This document shows positions 42,381-56,424 of a stretch of DNA of 64,000 nucleotides, in pieces. Position 1 is the first letter of the stretch. Every line of letters starts with the position of its first letter. Under the pieces are notes generated by a model. The model was not told where the DNA came from. It saw only the letters and a list, made by a program, of their open reading frames with translations, and did no database searches. The translations under genes and the position numbers were made by a program. This DNA comes from Octopus vulgaris (taxonomy: Eukaryota), in NCBI GenBank assembly GCA_951406725.2, contig OX597814.1, forward strand, positions 15,128,001-15,192,000, read 5' to 3'.

Positions 42381-42792
42381 AATCCGAAAATGGATTTCTA
42401 TATATAAAGAATGACGTAGATAAAATCCGGGCTACATGTGTTTTATAGCGAGCGGAACCTCGGAAGTAGTAATTATCCAAGTGAAATATATACTGCATAC
42501 TACTCTTTAGGCCAAGGACATCTTCATCATATGAAGTTTACATTGTCGTTAGGAGTCCTATATTAAAACACGGATAAACCGATGAAAATTTTTAAAAAAT
42601 TTTCACTAGAAATGATAATAATGCTTGAAATAAATAATTACAGAACTGCCACATATGCATTGTATCATGTTGAAAAAGCGAAGTCCCTATCATCGTAATC
42701 TTTTTTTTTTTTTTTTTTGAAGACCACTAACAATTTTTTATTAAATGGGTGTGGAGAAGCTAGAATTCTATCCACGAGCAAAAGCGATTTTA

Positions 42793-43697
42793 CGCGAAGG
42801 TGTAAAAAAAAAACCGAAGTTTGCAATAATATTTTATTCACTTAATTTTACATGTTTACGCTTTTATCACCTTCAAAGTTTTCCCCATTTGAAACAATGC
42901 ATCGTTCCAAGCACATTCTCCACTATTCGAAGAAGTGCTGGAATTCCTGCGAGTGATATCTTTTAACGCATCCGTCGTTCTTTTTCGTTCACCTCTTCCG
43001 CATGTACAAATTTCATATCGGCAGATTTCGTCACCAGTGATGACCTTCAGAAAAAGGTCCGGTTCAACTTCCAACCGTTCTTTCAGTTCACAACTCATAT
43101 TCAGTCGTGACTGCTTTTGATATTCCGTGAGCAAACGAGGCACACATTTTACTGGAACTCTTTTCATTCGCAATTCCTCGCCCGAAAGTCGTTGGCAGGA
43201 GTTCCAAGACTCACCAGTCGTATCAAAAATTCTTCAATTGTTCGGTGACGGTCCTCCAAGATTAATTCATGAATCTTCGTGATGTTTTCATTCATTCTGA
43301 ATGTAGACAGTAGCCCTGAACGACGTTGGTATTCAAGCGACAAGTGACCATTCCTAAAGCGTAAAAATCACTCGTAAACTTGTGTTTTGCCAATAGCAGC
43401 ATCCTTGTAAGCTGTTTGAAGCATTACAATTGTTTCGTCTGCCGTTTCCCTTCGCAGAAAACAGAATTTCACGGAAGCACGCTGTTCTTTCGTTTCAGCC
43501 ATCGTAAAAATCAACGAACAAGGGAGAACCACTTCAAAACAAAGACACACCACGTAGCAGTGTGAACCCACCAACCAACACCGGTTGGTAGACTGATGCC
43601 TGAGGGTCGCATCAAGTGGCGTGTAGCGGCGGAAGCCTGAACTACAACGAGCTTGTCCCACGGAGAACGTTTCCGATTACTTTTGGGTACTCCCCCG
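42793..43697 (-). mobile_element. Internally deleted mariner (different family)
   Basis: MAETKEQRASVKFCFL...AYKDAAIGKTQVYE; KCVPRLLT; KVITGDE; degenerate TIRs with TA at 42791-92 and 43698-99. Confidence 0.85.
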
Positions 43698-45299
43698 TAT
43701 ATTCTTTCTTTTTTTTGCTTTTGGTGATCTTACCATATTTCATTTTCTATGACGTATATAAAAGAATCATTCTATCCATTTCAGCGGGGTATTCTTTCCA
43801 ATTCAAGCATTTGAGATACATAGCAGGTGGTTGCCATACACATGTACAATCTTTCAGTTGCAAAGGTGAAATATTTACAATGCAAAAGAACTTGTTGCTG
43901 ATAAAGGAACAGCTGTAAATGCAAATTTAGGGAAGCTGGTGATAGACTGAGGAATTTCGGTCGTTCATCAATTATGATGAAATCTGCACTATATTCCTCA
44001 TGTAGTAGAGAGTTCGAATTTTCGTTCCACCTCAGTCAATTCTTTAGAAGTATCAGACCATCGCTTTTTCCGTACTCCTATTTATTGGGTACTATATGTC
44101 AGTTTTATCAATAAGAAGCTTGGTTTAGTATGACTTTTTCCGACACACACACGTTCCATGTGCTCCATATTCTCTTTTACACCTTGCCCTGAACCTCCAG
44201 CAATTCTGTGTTATGTTGATTGATAAAACCCCTCCCGTTGTTGTTAGATATACTTTGATCATGCCATTACTAAAGCTGTCGGTGGCGTGGGATTATCATC
44301 CATCTAGCTTCGGTAACTTCCTGCTTGGTTCAAGCTAGTACTACAGGGATTGCAGTGCAGTTATAAATCTACAGTACTTTCATTGTTTTCGACCCTCAAA
44401 CAATATTCCAATGCCATCGTTTTTCAGCTTCCCTTCGAGCTAACAATTCTGCCAGCTCGCCGTCCTTATTTGAGAACCAACATTAATAATACTTTTGCCA
44501 AGTGTTTAAATTTTAACCATAGATTTAGTGAAATCTACTATACTATACTATATTACTAAATACTTTGATTCATATTACGCTAAGAATGAACAATGCCGAG
44601 AAAATAAATCATCGATGTACAATACTTTCTGTAGAATTAAATGATTTGGTGTACCAATGCAGTTCATAATACTAATGCATAAACTGGGAAGAACTAGAGA
44701 CATTCAGTTTTACGATCTTTTAATTATATTGAAAATTCTGATATTATTGATCATTTATTGCATATTATATCATATAATATCTGCCACGATGCCACAAATT
44801 ATGTTATCAAAGTAAAAACAATCTTCACTTAATTATTATATGTGATCGTTAATATTTTTATATGTAAAATTTTAATGTTTGAAGTTAGTGTTAAGCTGAA
44901 ACTATTTTCAGTATTATAAATAATTAATGCCCCGTAATGTCATTCACATACATTATAGAATGATTGAAGCAAAATTCGAAGAAAGACTGACGATCAACCA
45001 CTATTGGTAGCACATTTAGTGCAACAGGGTTTTATTAATGAAAGTCTAGAAGTGCTAATACGCTATCCAAAAGATCTAAATTGATCTAAATTGTTCATTA
45101 TATCTCTTTTTATTTAAGACAGTAGGTTGTGAACGGTAGGTTATTTAGATTCTATTTCTACCATATGAAATGACAATTGAAGATAAGTCCTATTGTTATA
45201 ATGTGAGCCGGAAAATATTGACAACAGCCCACGTGGCAGAAAATTGAACAATCTAAGTTTTAATAAATGATTCACGATTATTCCCAATACTCCTTTACA

Positions 45300-46170
45300 A
45301 ACCAGTACAAGTGATCAAAAATCATCAAATATTTCAAGAACCTTACCTATGGGATTCCTTATTGCCAAACTAGGTGACAGTAATAAAACCGTGTAGCAAA
45401 AAAGCTTTATGTAAGTTGTACAATGTTGAAATATGATCGCATAACAAAACATGCTTCTTCAGTGAAACAAATATTTTTTGAAAAAATACCGAAGCTGCTT
45501 TTTTTCAGGAGAATATTAGAAAACTTTCAATAATATTTAAAGGCATCTGTAGTCGGTCAAGTAAAATTTCGTTGCGCCAATTATTTAAGATACTGTATTA
45601 ATGAAAAAATTCATCAGCATAGATGAACATGAATGGAACTTATGAAAACATTTATTGCTTCATCTATCCGATAGAACAAATGAAAATATAATTCCTCTTT
45701 GATTTTAGACGAGTCGGCTGATGTTCTTTGTAAAAAACAACTATATTTGTCTTTATGATAGATACCACACTAACCCCAAAACGCGCTTCTGGTAGTATAT
45801 TTGTAGTTAATTCCTGATACAAAAACTATTGATGAAGTTTTGCATCGTGTGAAAAATATTAGAATTTGTTTTGCTATTGCTTCAAACGGAGCTTCAAACA
45901 GATTGATAATCCACAATTGATTCTCATATAATGATATGTCACCGTTTCTTTATAACCTGTTTTCGTATTGCTGCAGTATTACCTTGTAACTTTGATATCT
46001 GTTAAAAGAAACCTAGAAATGTTTCTAGAGATAAACGCTTTGGAAATATATAGACATTACTAAGCAATGTTGAGGAACCTTTGAAAATTATTCCACTTTC
46101 AGATACAAGATGGTTTATCAATACGTAACTGTTTGAAAAGAATTCTTGGCTAATATTTTATTCGTTTAAA
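45300..46170 (+). mobile_element. hAT-family transposase fossil
   Basis: ttgattttagacgagtcggctgatgtt = LILDESADV (~45699-45725); attccactttcagatacaagatggttt = IPLSDTRWF (~46090-46116). Boundaries approximate. Confidence 0.6.
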
Positions 46171-47216
46171 AGGCAGTGGATTCGCGATATTGTTAAAGCG
46201 TAGGACAGAACACATACCGAGGTTTGTTCAAACTCTTTGTATTCGGATTTCAAATTCTACCAGTGCTAATTTTGCCATTCAGCCTTTCGGTGTCCATAAA
46301 AGAAACATGAGGCTCGGTGCCTAGTAATAGATAATAAGGCACTTTTTTCTTCTGGTAAAAAAAATAAAAATTGGAAGATGGAGACGCGTACAAATCGTAC
46401 ACGAGCACTGAGTTGCTTCTGAGACTGATGCTCTTTACACATCATATAAAATTTTGCCAGTCGAAAACTATGAGAAAGATATGTGTATCGAAGGACATCC
46501 AAAAGGGACGATGCTTTAGTATTACATGTCAGTTACACTAAAGGAAATAAGAAGTGAACACAGTGTTTTGATAAAGATATGATATAATGCATCGAGCGGT
46601 TAAGAAATTAAACTATCAGTGTGAGGAACATGACAGCAGCCTAAACACTAGACCATATGCATCCGCTAGAACAGTGTTTTAAAGGCAATTTACAGAGTAG
46701 TCTGTGATGAATGAAAAGTAGCCTGACGAGGTTTGAACTCGAAATTTAAATAGATATCGAAGGATCTATTCGACACAATAAAGATTCTGCTACACCCCGA
46801 CAAAATATAGTTAAAAGTAAGAATATTTCACTTTCTGGTTAGTTTATAAATACCTATTGACAATGGGTGAAAGATTAATAAAACCCAGACATAATCATTT
46901 TTAACATGGATAACTATAGAAATGAATTTTAACAAGTAAAGAAAATGGATTCTCTTGTCATTCATAATTTATCGAACACAGGCTCTATTAATCTATGACT
47001 TCCATTTATATTAATCAGTTTACTACTGACTAATGTTGTCTTTATAGTGAAGACAAATTATTGGCAAATATAACTAAACTTCTCACATAATTTATATCTT
47101 CCACTTAACATTATCAGGTTTTATTTCAGCAGTTTAATTATTTATCCTTTATCACAATCAGATAATAAATATATTACGTACAACATTAAAAGTTTTAGTA
47201 TTACTTGCCTTTCAAA

Positions 47217-47400
47217 GGCGGCGAGAATCGTTAGAAAAATGCTTAGCAGCATTTCGTCTGTCTTTACGATCTACGTTCAAATTATACTGAGGTCGACCTT
47301 GCCTTTCATCCTTTCAGGATTTATCAAATAAGTACCGTTGAGTACTAGGGTAAGCGACTAAGCATCTCACCCCGAAATTCCTGGCATTCGAAATCAATCA
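47217..47400 (+). mobile_element. SINE family A, diverged
   Basis: ggcggcgag...gaggtcgaccttgcctttcatcctttc. Confidence 0.7.
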
Positions 47401-47697
47401 TCATTTGTTTGATTACAGTTTAAGTGTGTAGGCGAGGGTAATAACACTAATGGCCGCAGTATGTGCAGTAGCGATACCAGGTACTATAAGACATGAGATG
47501 CAAAATATTTGAAGAAATTTATACAAATATTATTTCTTTTGTTAAGTACAAAACATTGTTGCCCAGGTCGATAGGGTAAAATACACACGAGTGGTATCTT
47601 TGGTAAATCCCTACTATCGCTGATTCAGACTTTCCGTTCGTTGAACTGTACATTTTTGCGTAGTAGATCTAATCTATTGCACTGCTACTCTACTTCA

Positions 47698-47843
47698 TAC
47701 ACGCTAGAGAGCTAGATGGTAAACGTTTTAATTTTTCATTCTCTTCGATAATTATCTCTAATAGTGGTTCGGAATTTAACTGTCCTCTCTAGCGTGTAGG
47801 TAGTCCTATGATGGGTACATCTTATGTCTTTAAATGTACAACG
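47698..47843. mobile_element. Fragment of the hairpin/MITE family at 50699-51096
   Basis: acacgctagagag..agatggtaaa...ctctctagcgtgtaggtagtcctatgatgg. Confidence 0.75.
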
Positions 47844-48280
47844 TAACCTGGTTCTTCGGGGTTCACTGTTCATTGTGAAACATAACTATTGAAAGCGCTC
47901 TTCGATCCTAAAGGTAACATATGAGTGATGATCCATTCTTTCTTTATTGCCATCACTTTCGGACATCACCGTGTTGTTTTGCATGCAGCCACAAACTGTA
48001 AAATTTTGTATAGATATGACTAACAGCTGATTTCTTTAGGATAAAACCCTAAAACTATTGACTAAGCTTTATTCAATACTTACCAAATATGTTTGCTTGT
48101 TCTTTACGAACGTAATGAGGAAGCAGATAATCTTACTCTAACGTAATTTCTAAAGCAATTTCATATATTACTTTATGTAAGAAATGAAATCTTTAATACA
48201 CAGTTTTTCCTCCACTATCATCTGTGATTTTAGAAATATCAGTTATATTTCATTAACTGGTATTAATGCAAGTATTTAAA

Positions 48281-48510
48281 GGCGGCGAGCTGCCAGAAAC
48301 GTTAGCACGCCGGGCGAAATGCTTAGCGGTATTTCGTTTGCGTTACGTTGTGAGTTCAAATTCCGCCGAGGTCGACTTTGCCTTTCATCCTTTCGGGGTC
48401 GATAAATTAAGTACCAGTTAAGCACTGGGATCGATGTAATCGACTTAATACCTATGTCTGTCCTTGTTTGTCCCTTCTGTGTTTAGCCCCTTGTGGGTAA
48501 TAAAGAAATA
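48281..48510 (+). mobile_element. SINE family A, full copy
   Basis: Complete element; flanking direct repeat ggtattaatgcaa at 48259-71 and 48511-23. Confidence 0.92.
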
Positions 48511-49065
48511 GGTATTAATGCAATACTTTGGCATGTACTCGTGTATACAATGCACTGATCAGATTCACCTCATTTTCCATCGACTGGTAGACTTTTCTCC
48601 TCTTGAGGTTGTGAAATTTTTTTCATGGCATCAAAGTCTATCGAAAGACTTTTTTTCCCCAGAAAGTCTTTTGATAGACCTACTTATAACTTCAGACTGA
48701 AAAATTTTCATGGCACAGAAACTTTTCTGAATTTTGAAGTTTATTCATGAAGTTTATTATGTCATATATCATCTCTTATATCATGTATCCTCTTGTTCAC
48801 TTTACAAATATTGGTGGACCTAGATTCTCAAATTACTCTTATCTATGTACATAAAAGTGGACTGAACTATTTAAAAAAAAAAATTCTTTTCCTGGATCAA
48901 ATGATGATAAGACGTTGGTGGATACAAACATTAAGTGGACTCTTTTAAACAAGTAAGCGGGTTAAACTCCAGACATTTGTTAGTGTCAAGGATTAAATCA
49001 ATATTGAATACGCCTATGGTAGACTTTCATATAGAACCACGCTGCTAACTTTTTTTTCTTCACCA

Positions 49066-49214
49066 TATTAACCACCAATACATTGATTACGCAGTGAAAT
49101 TTATAGTCAGACTATGACGTCCTTACGTCAACGGACACAATATTAACGACTAAAGCATTGATTACGCAGTGAAATTTATTTTTATACTATAACGTCCTTA
49201 CGTCAACAGACACT
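49066..49214. repeat. Tandem duplication, 75-bp period
   Basis: cattgattacgcagtgaaatttat...acgtccttacgtcaac at 49081 and 49156. Confidence 0.85.
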
Positions 49215-50698
49215 GTTCAAATTATAAAGATCCAGTGTCGTGTGTTCATACGTGTCGATGCAAACCTTTCACTACAATAGCCTTTGTACTCAAATACTGA
49301 TAAGAAATATGCTCCTTGCAATGCGGTATTACATAAGTTGAAGAAACAACTTATCTCGGTCGCCTTTTCATGAGTTTTCCAATATTTATAGCGATGATTC
49401 TCATATTCCTGACATCCAGTAATCTTCAAACACTATTAACTACCGTAACAAAAGTCTAGTATTTTACAGCTTCAGTGGACATAAATTATTATTTATTTTA
49501 GACACATAAAAAGCTACGATAATGATTTCTTATATTGGAGTTGCCGAAGCCAATGTGGGTTAACTGAAGCGTGATTATTACTAGCAGAAATATAGTAGTT
49601 TAATGTCAAAAGTGAAAGAGCTCTCTTAACTTAAATATACTTGCCACACGCTTAGTATCTATTATATCCACATTGGTTGGGTCTAAAAACATGACATAGA
49701 AGGTTGAATGTTAATCGTGGAAGGCATTTAATACGGCGCTATTGCAGTTTTAATCAACTTACTTCCCCGACATAACATTTCTAAGATATCTAACGTAGAC
49801 ACTAGGATACACAATATTAGAAGGGCGGTAAAGATCATTACTCCATGCTCATCATTTGGTTGATATTTAATGTAGTGGTCCGAAAGTGGTCAAACATAAC
49901 ACTAATCTCAAAAGAATTTGAAATCATAGCGCAAAGCACTTTCATTTAATTCGTAAGATCCGGAGTTTATCAGTTCTTCTATTTGAGCATCTTCTCTCGT
50001 TTTGTGCAGAAACTTAAGGAGTGGGGAACAGTAATGGCTACGTAGATGTGTGTGTGTGTGTGCGTATGTGTATGTATATTTCTATGCATGTGTGTCTGTA
50101 TGTATGCATGTGCGAGTGGGTGTGGGCATTTACTTGCAGGTTTCAGTAATAAATGTGCAAGTTTCAGAAGAATAGGGAGTGGTTCAATCTTCGTTCGATC
50201 TTCGTTGTAATATCTTTCGATGGACATAAGAGATAATTGCAGATTAGAGACTGCATGGTCCATATAATCTTACTCTGAAGTTTATCCGTGACGTTATGAC
50301 ATGGTTCGGAGTAGGTGTTTAAAATACCTATCAGATACATATATATTGCCGGTGTCAACATATAGATATATTCGTGTTACAATCTGATGTCCCGAAACCT
50401 GCTATTTTGGTCAGTGGCTTCTACCATGATATGAAATCTCCCAATACTTTGTAATGAAATTTAGGTAGATACCATTACAGGGGCTGTGGCTGTAAGTTAA
50501 ATGGCCAATCTTGTCACTGCGTGTCATGCCGATTCTGCCAAAGAATCACGTGAAGAGTTCTCATGTTCGTAGAACACCTAGTCATTCCCACTTTTACACA
50601 ATAGGTAGGAAATATTCCAGTTGATTGAACAACGGGAATACTTACCGAAAGCGACAAAAAGCGATCTACGCTTTGTGTTTTCTTTGATACCTATTAAG

Positions 50699-51096
50699 AT
50701 AATTAATATTATCAAAGAGTAATCGGAAATATTAGAAATGTCCATTACCAGTGGCCTAGCGTGTAAACATTTAGTCAATAGACTATATATTATTCATATA
50801 AATACAGTGTAAACTTAAACACATAAGAGGTAGCCATCATAGGACTACCTACACGCTAGAGAGGTAGATGGTAAATGTTTTTATTCTTCATTCCATTCGA
50901 TTTTTATCTCTAATAGTGGTACGGAATTTAACTGTTCTCTCTAGCGCGTAGGTAGTTCTATGGTGGTTACCTCTTATGTGTTTAAATGTAAATTGTATTT
51001 ATATAACATATAGTCTATTAACTAAATGTTTACACGCTGGGCCACTGGTAATGGAATTTCTAATATTTCCGATTACCCTTTGATAATATTAATTAT
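50699..51096. mobile_element. Foldback/MITE-like element with ~165-bp inverted arms
   Basis: 50699-~50863 is the reverse complement of ~50936-51096; partial copies at 47698 and 51320-51455. Confidence 0.8.
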
Positions 51097-51766
51097 TGAT
51101 AAATTTTTTTAGATAATTTTCGAAATGAAAAAGCCGTCATAGTTATTTACTGCCGACAGGGAGCTGCGCTTGCGCGGTACATTTGAAAAGTTTGAATGTA
51201 TAAGCACGGGGCATAAACTGGATTGCCTCGTGTATATATATTTTGTTAAAGGTGTACCTGCTGAAGAAAGCTTCGCCTAGCAAATGATTTTATTTGCTAA
51301 AAAATGTCCAGGAGTTACATGGTAAATGTTTATAGTTTTCATTTCCCTCGATTTTTATCTCTAATAGTGGTTCGGAATTTAACTGTCCTCTCTAGCATGT
51401 AGATAGTCCTATGATGGCTACCTCTTATGTGTTTAAACGTACACTGTATTTATATCTATTACGATAGGCAGATACGACATTAAAGGTCTTCGGGTGCAGC
51501 ATAGAATAAGCGCCTGGATATCATAGTTGAGGAACGTATCTGATAATTTATAGGAATGACTGCAGTCAAAATATTTGCATTTATGAAAGTCTTCAGCTGC
51601 AGATCGCAGTAAAATAAATTTTCGGTAATTCTGTCAGTGTAGAGGAAATAGCGATGGTATCCTCGGTGTAGAGATAGACTGAAAATGATAAAATTATTCG
51701 TGATTGAACCACATTTAAGACTTAGGGATTTGGAGTGATCAATTTTTAGTGAGTAAAATGATACTG

Positions 51767-51983
51767 ACTTCAAATTTTGGGACAAGACCAGTAATTTCGA
51801 GCGGGGTGATAAGTCGAATACATCTACATCGACACCAGTGTCCAAATGGTACTTATTTTATTGACCGTGCAAGGAGGGAAAGCAAAGTCAACCGAGGTGA
51901 AATTCGAAATCTGAGCGAAAAGACGGATGATGAAATAACGCTAAGCATTTTGGCCGACGTGCTAGCAATTCTGCCAGCTCGCC
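51767..51983 (-). mobile_element. SINE family A, diverged
   Basis: Ends ...gctagcaattctgccagctcgcc; flanking ttttagtgagtaaaatgatactga resembles ttttactcagtaaaacgatattga. Confidence 0.75.
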
Positions 51984-52226
51984 ATTTTACTCAGTAAAAC
52001 GATATTGATTGCTCTTTTTGAACATATTATTTTGTGAAGGTAGATCGTTTGGTGACTAATATGAAGATTTTCGTATTTCGGTCATACAGCAACGTAAGAC
52101 ACCCGTTGTAGCTGGATTGCAACTCTTTTCTACATTGACCTCAGAGAGTAAAATAATATCGTTTATAATCATCACAGTGGGAAAGATGAAGCTGCATATA
52201 GATTAAAAAAACTCTGAACTATAGAT

Positions 52227-52620
52227 GTAGGAGTGGCTGTGTTGTAAGTAGTTTGCTTACCAACCACATGGTTCCGGGTTCAGTCCCACTGCGTGGTACC
52301 TTGGGCAAGTGTCTTCTACTATAGGCTCGGGCCGATCAAAGCCTTGTGAGTGGATTTGGTAGACGGAAACTGAAAGAAGCCCGTCGTATTTATGTATATA
52401 TATGTATGTGTATGTGTATATGTTTGTGTCTGTGTTCGTCTCCCAAACATCGCTTGAAAACTGATGCTGGTGTGTTTATGTCGCCGTAACATAGCGGTTC
52501 GGCAAAAGAGACCGATAGAATAAGTACTAAGTTTACAAAGAATAAGTTCTAGGGTCGATTTGCTCTATTAAAGGTGGTGATCTAGTATTGTCACAGTCAA
52601 ATGACTGAAACAAGTTAAAG
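52227..52620 (+). mobile_element. SINE family C, full copy (tRNA head, CORE-like segment)
   Basis: gtaggagtggctgtgttgtaag...gggttcagtccc...accttgggcaagtgtctt; internal (TG) tract. Confidence 0.88.
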
Positions 52621-53212
52621 GGTAGCATTTTACAAATTAGCACCCGGTTCAAAATTAACCATGCTAAGATCATCCACGTAGTGTGCGAGTCATCACACTA
52701 AATCACACCACACCACACCACATACAGCGCATCAGTGTACAGTTACATCATGTAGCACCTGTTCCACACAACTACCCACCTCCCTTGTTTTATTACATCT
52801 CTCGCAACATATATTATATGTCATCATCACACACTCTAATACTGCGACTTACAAAAGGCACCTTCTAAATAAATAAATGAATTAAAACACTGATCATTTA
52901 CGCCCGGGGGAAACTATACCTAACGTAGGTATACATGCTGGTGCAGCAAACTTTGCCTATAATAAATGAAAAGATAAAGATATTGTTCAAGGACAGCAAT
53001 TTTCGAAATGGACTGTGGTATTTTATTTTGTCATATCCCAAGGTATGGAAAAAATCCTGAATAGGATTTGAACTTAGAACCAAAAGAAACACTGGAAAGT
53101 ATTTTCCGATAATCTTATGATTCTGCTTGTGTGCCATCTTTGGAAACGTTATCATATTAATAAGAATTTATAGGGCAGCGAGCTGGCACAATCGTTAGTA
53201 CGCCGGACGAAA

Positions 53213-54855
53213 TTAGGAGAGGCATCTTCTAAGGGGACTGCTTGTATCCACTGATCTTTGTACTCTACTTGATATCACTGACACTGATTCTGAGGAAAGC
53301 AAAAGCTGTGTATGTTTTCAAAAACCGCCAACAAAAAGTCTACCATTTGTTATTCATGGATGGCTTCAAAGTTTATGGTAAAGATGAAGCCCAAGTCAGT
53401 TCCCTCATTGATGCAGTGTATACCTTCAGTGCTGTTCTCAGAATGGAGTTCGGACTGAGAAAGTGTGGTGTGTTTGTCTTGAAGAGAGGCAAAATCAAAT
53501 GTATGGACGGACTAGCGATACCGTCGGGGGAGGTTATGAACCAGATAGAATAGACGGGAATAAATACTTGGGGATATTAGAGATGGATAATTTGATGGAG
53601 AAAGAAATGACAGAAAAAAATTAAGGCGGAGTACTTACGCAGACTGAGACTGATCCTTAAGTCGAAATTAAACGGACGGAATAAGATCGAAGCTATCAAC
53701 ACCTGGGCGGTTTTACACCTTAGATATGGAGCAGGGGTACTCGCATGGACAGTAGACGAACTAAACAGCTTAGACAGAAAGGCAAGGAAGTTGCTAACTA
53801 GATATGGGTCACTCCACGCAAAAAGTGACACAGACAGACTGTATGTACCAAGAAAAAGAGGGGGAAGAGGACTTATTGGATGCAAACACAGCATTAGAGG
53901 AGAAGAAAACAACATAGCATGGTATGTAGGAATATGTCACAGAACCGCTATTATTAGAAGTAAGAAGTCAGGCTTGTGTAGGATAAAAGATTGCAAAGAT
54001 AAAGCACTATACATGAAAATGAAAACGAATGAAACTGAAAATAGGTGGATAAAGAAAAGAATGCCTGGTCAATTTCATAGAGATGTTGAAGATAAGACAG
54101 ACAGAGAAAACAGTAGGTTGTAGATGACTAAAAGTGATTTAAAACCGGAAACAGAAGCTCGAATCTGTGCTGCCCAAGAGCAAGCACTAAGAACAAACTA
54201 CATAAAATACAGAATAGACAACACATCAGAAAGTCATAAGTGCAGAATCTGTGGAAAAAACGGTGAAACCGTATGGGATATTACCAGCGAATGAACGCCA
54301 CTATCCCAGAAGGAAATTAAGAGACGCCACGACAATATAGCCAGGATTGTGCATTGGACACTTTGCAACAAGTATGGACTTGACAGAGCGAAAAGTTGGT
54401 TCGACCACAAACCTAAAGGCACTGTTGAAAATAGAAATGCAAAGATTCTATGGAATTTTATGATTCTGTGCGACCATGAAATTGAGAATAGGAAGTTAGA
54501 CATAGTCTTAATTGAGAAAGAAACAAACTATGCTGGATCATAGCCGTAGCATGGCCAGCTGACAAAAATACGATAAGGAAGAAAGAAAAGTCGAGAGATA
54601 GGATAGGTTAGCTTGGAAAGTTAAGCAGTTGCCATCGATGAAAAAGGTAGCAGTAGTACCAATAAATATCGGAGCCCTGGGAAAAGTGAGCAAAAAACTC
54701 GAGAAGTATGTGGAACAAAAAAGGGCTGCAATAAGGGGTGGAGCACTTGCAGAAAGCAGCACTGCTTGGAACCGCTCGAATACTCCGGAATGTGCTATAA
54801 AAATAAGTGTTGTTACCTTAGTTCACTGGTAGTGAACAGCTGACACTGGGTACAT
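53213..54855 (+). mobile_element. RLE-type LINE (R4/Dong-like), 5'-truncated in RT
   Basis: RRGIF*GD, LIFVLYL, HLLFMDGFKVY, MEFGLRKC, RLYVPRKRGGRGL, CRICGK..ETV, RHDN, KILWNF, VVPINIGALG; followed by (AAT)n-type microsatellite. Confidence 0.9.
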
Positions 54856-54859
54856 ATGA

Positions 54860-54953
54860 AGCAGCAGCAGCAACAACAACAACAACAACAACGACAACGA
54901 CGACGACGACGGCGACAACAACAACAACAACAATAAAAACAACGATAATAATG

Positions 54954-55016
<63 letters not shown>
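54860..55016. repeat. Compound (CAG)/(CAA)/(CGA)/(AAT)n microsatellite
   Basis: Directly visible. Confidence 0.95.
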
Positions 55017-55035
55017 TAAACGATCTGAAAATAGA

Positions 55036-55260
55036 CTTAAATAAGATCTGGAGATCGAAGCAACTCGAATATGGAGCCTAAAGTCAGAAACAATTCCTAT
55101 CATAGTAGGCGTATTAGGTATGATAGAAAACATTCAGACAAATACATAACCAGGACTTACAAGTGTATATTGCATACAGAAAATAGCTCTGCTAGGCCGC
55201 GCACATATACTAGGCACACAGAGCTGCGCTCGGTAGTTCAGTGAAAATAAGTGATAATAA
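55036..55260 (+). mobile_element. 3' end of the 9512-11316 LINE family
   Basis: agatctggagatcgaagcaactcgaatatggagcctaaa...attcctatcatagtaggcgtattagg matches ~11010-11310; followed by (GAT)n. Confidence 0.8.
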
Positions 55261-55316
55261 GACTACAGAATGATGATGATGATGATGATGATGATGACGA
55301 CGACGACGACGACGAC

Positions 55317-55382
<66 letters not shown>

Positions 55383-55625
55383 AAAAATAATAATATTAAT
55401 AAAGAAATCTTAGACAACATGTCTTCTTTATTTGCAAGGGGACGGACTACATTATTGATTTTTCTGTATCTTAACATACTATTGCTGTTCGGGAGTAAAT
55501 CAGCTCCCGATAGATTTGATTTCAGACAATGTGGCCTTTGATTAACTACTAGAAAAGCATCACATCAACTGAACATTCTTAATTAATTTCCGTAGATTTC
55601 TCTTTCAATTTTATAATGAGCCTAA

Positions 55626-56424
55626 GGCGGCGAGCTGGCAGAATTGTCAGCTCGCCGGGCGAGATGCTTGGCGGTATTTCGTCTGCCGCAACGTCCTGAG
55701 TTCAAATTCCACCGAGGTTGACTTTGCCTTTCATCCTATTTCTTTACTACCCACAAGGGGCGAAACACAGAGAGGACAAACAAGGACAGACAATCGGATT
55801 AAGTCGATTATCGACCCCAGTGCGTTACTGGTACTTATTTAATCAACCCCGAAAGGATGAAAGGCAAAGTCGACCTCGGCGGAATTTGAACTCAGAACGT
55901 AGCGGCAGACGAAGTACTGCTAAGCATTTTGCCCAGCGTTCTTACGTTTCTGCCAGCTCGCGGCTTTATTTAAAGGCGTACATTTAAATAAGTACCAGTT
56001 ATGCACTGGTGTCGATATAATCGAATTAATCCATTTGTCTATTCTTTTTTGTCTTCTCTGTGTTTAGCCCCTTGTGGGTAGTAAAGAAATAGGTATTTCG
56101 CTTGCCGCTACGTTCTGAGTTCAAATTCCGCCGAGGTCGACTTTGCCTTTCATCCTTTCGGGGTCGATAAATTAAGTACCAGTTACGCACTGGGGTCGAT
56201 ATAATCGACTTAATCCGTTTGTCTGTCCTTGTTTGTCCTCAGTATGCTTAGCCCTATGTGGGTAGTAAAGAAATAGGTATTTCGTCTGTCTTTACATTCT
56301 GAGTTCAAATTCCACCGAGGTCGACTTTGCCTATCACCCTTTAGAAGCCGATAAATTAACTACCAATTGTGTACTGTGGTTGATTTAATGGACTGGCCCC
56401 CTCCCATAAAAGAGTAGGAAAGAA
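55626..56424 (+). mobile_element. SINE family A trimer containing a nested inverted copy
   Basis: One 17-bp TSD aattttataatgagcct (55607-23, 56425-41); inverted copy at ~55737-55963; repeat units restart at ggtatttcg (56092, 56276). Confidence 0.88.

Noticed and set aside
45340-45365. Minus-strand donor-like site ATAG|gtaagg as the missing TTIG exon end
   Set aside because: Upstream codons do not encode a pore helix, and the site lies in the hAT fossil.
49066-49214. CRISPR-like repeat-spacer pattern
   Set aside because: Only two units with similar spacers in a eukaryotic context; simple tandem duplication.
49979-50361. Minus-strand ORFs with a possible donor near 50133 as a channel exon
   Set aside because: No K2P similarity in the frames read.
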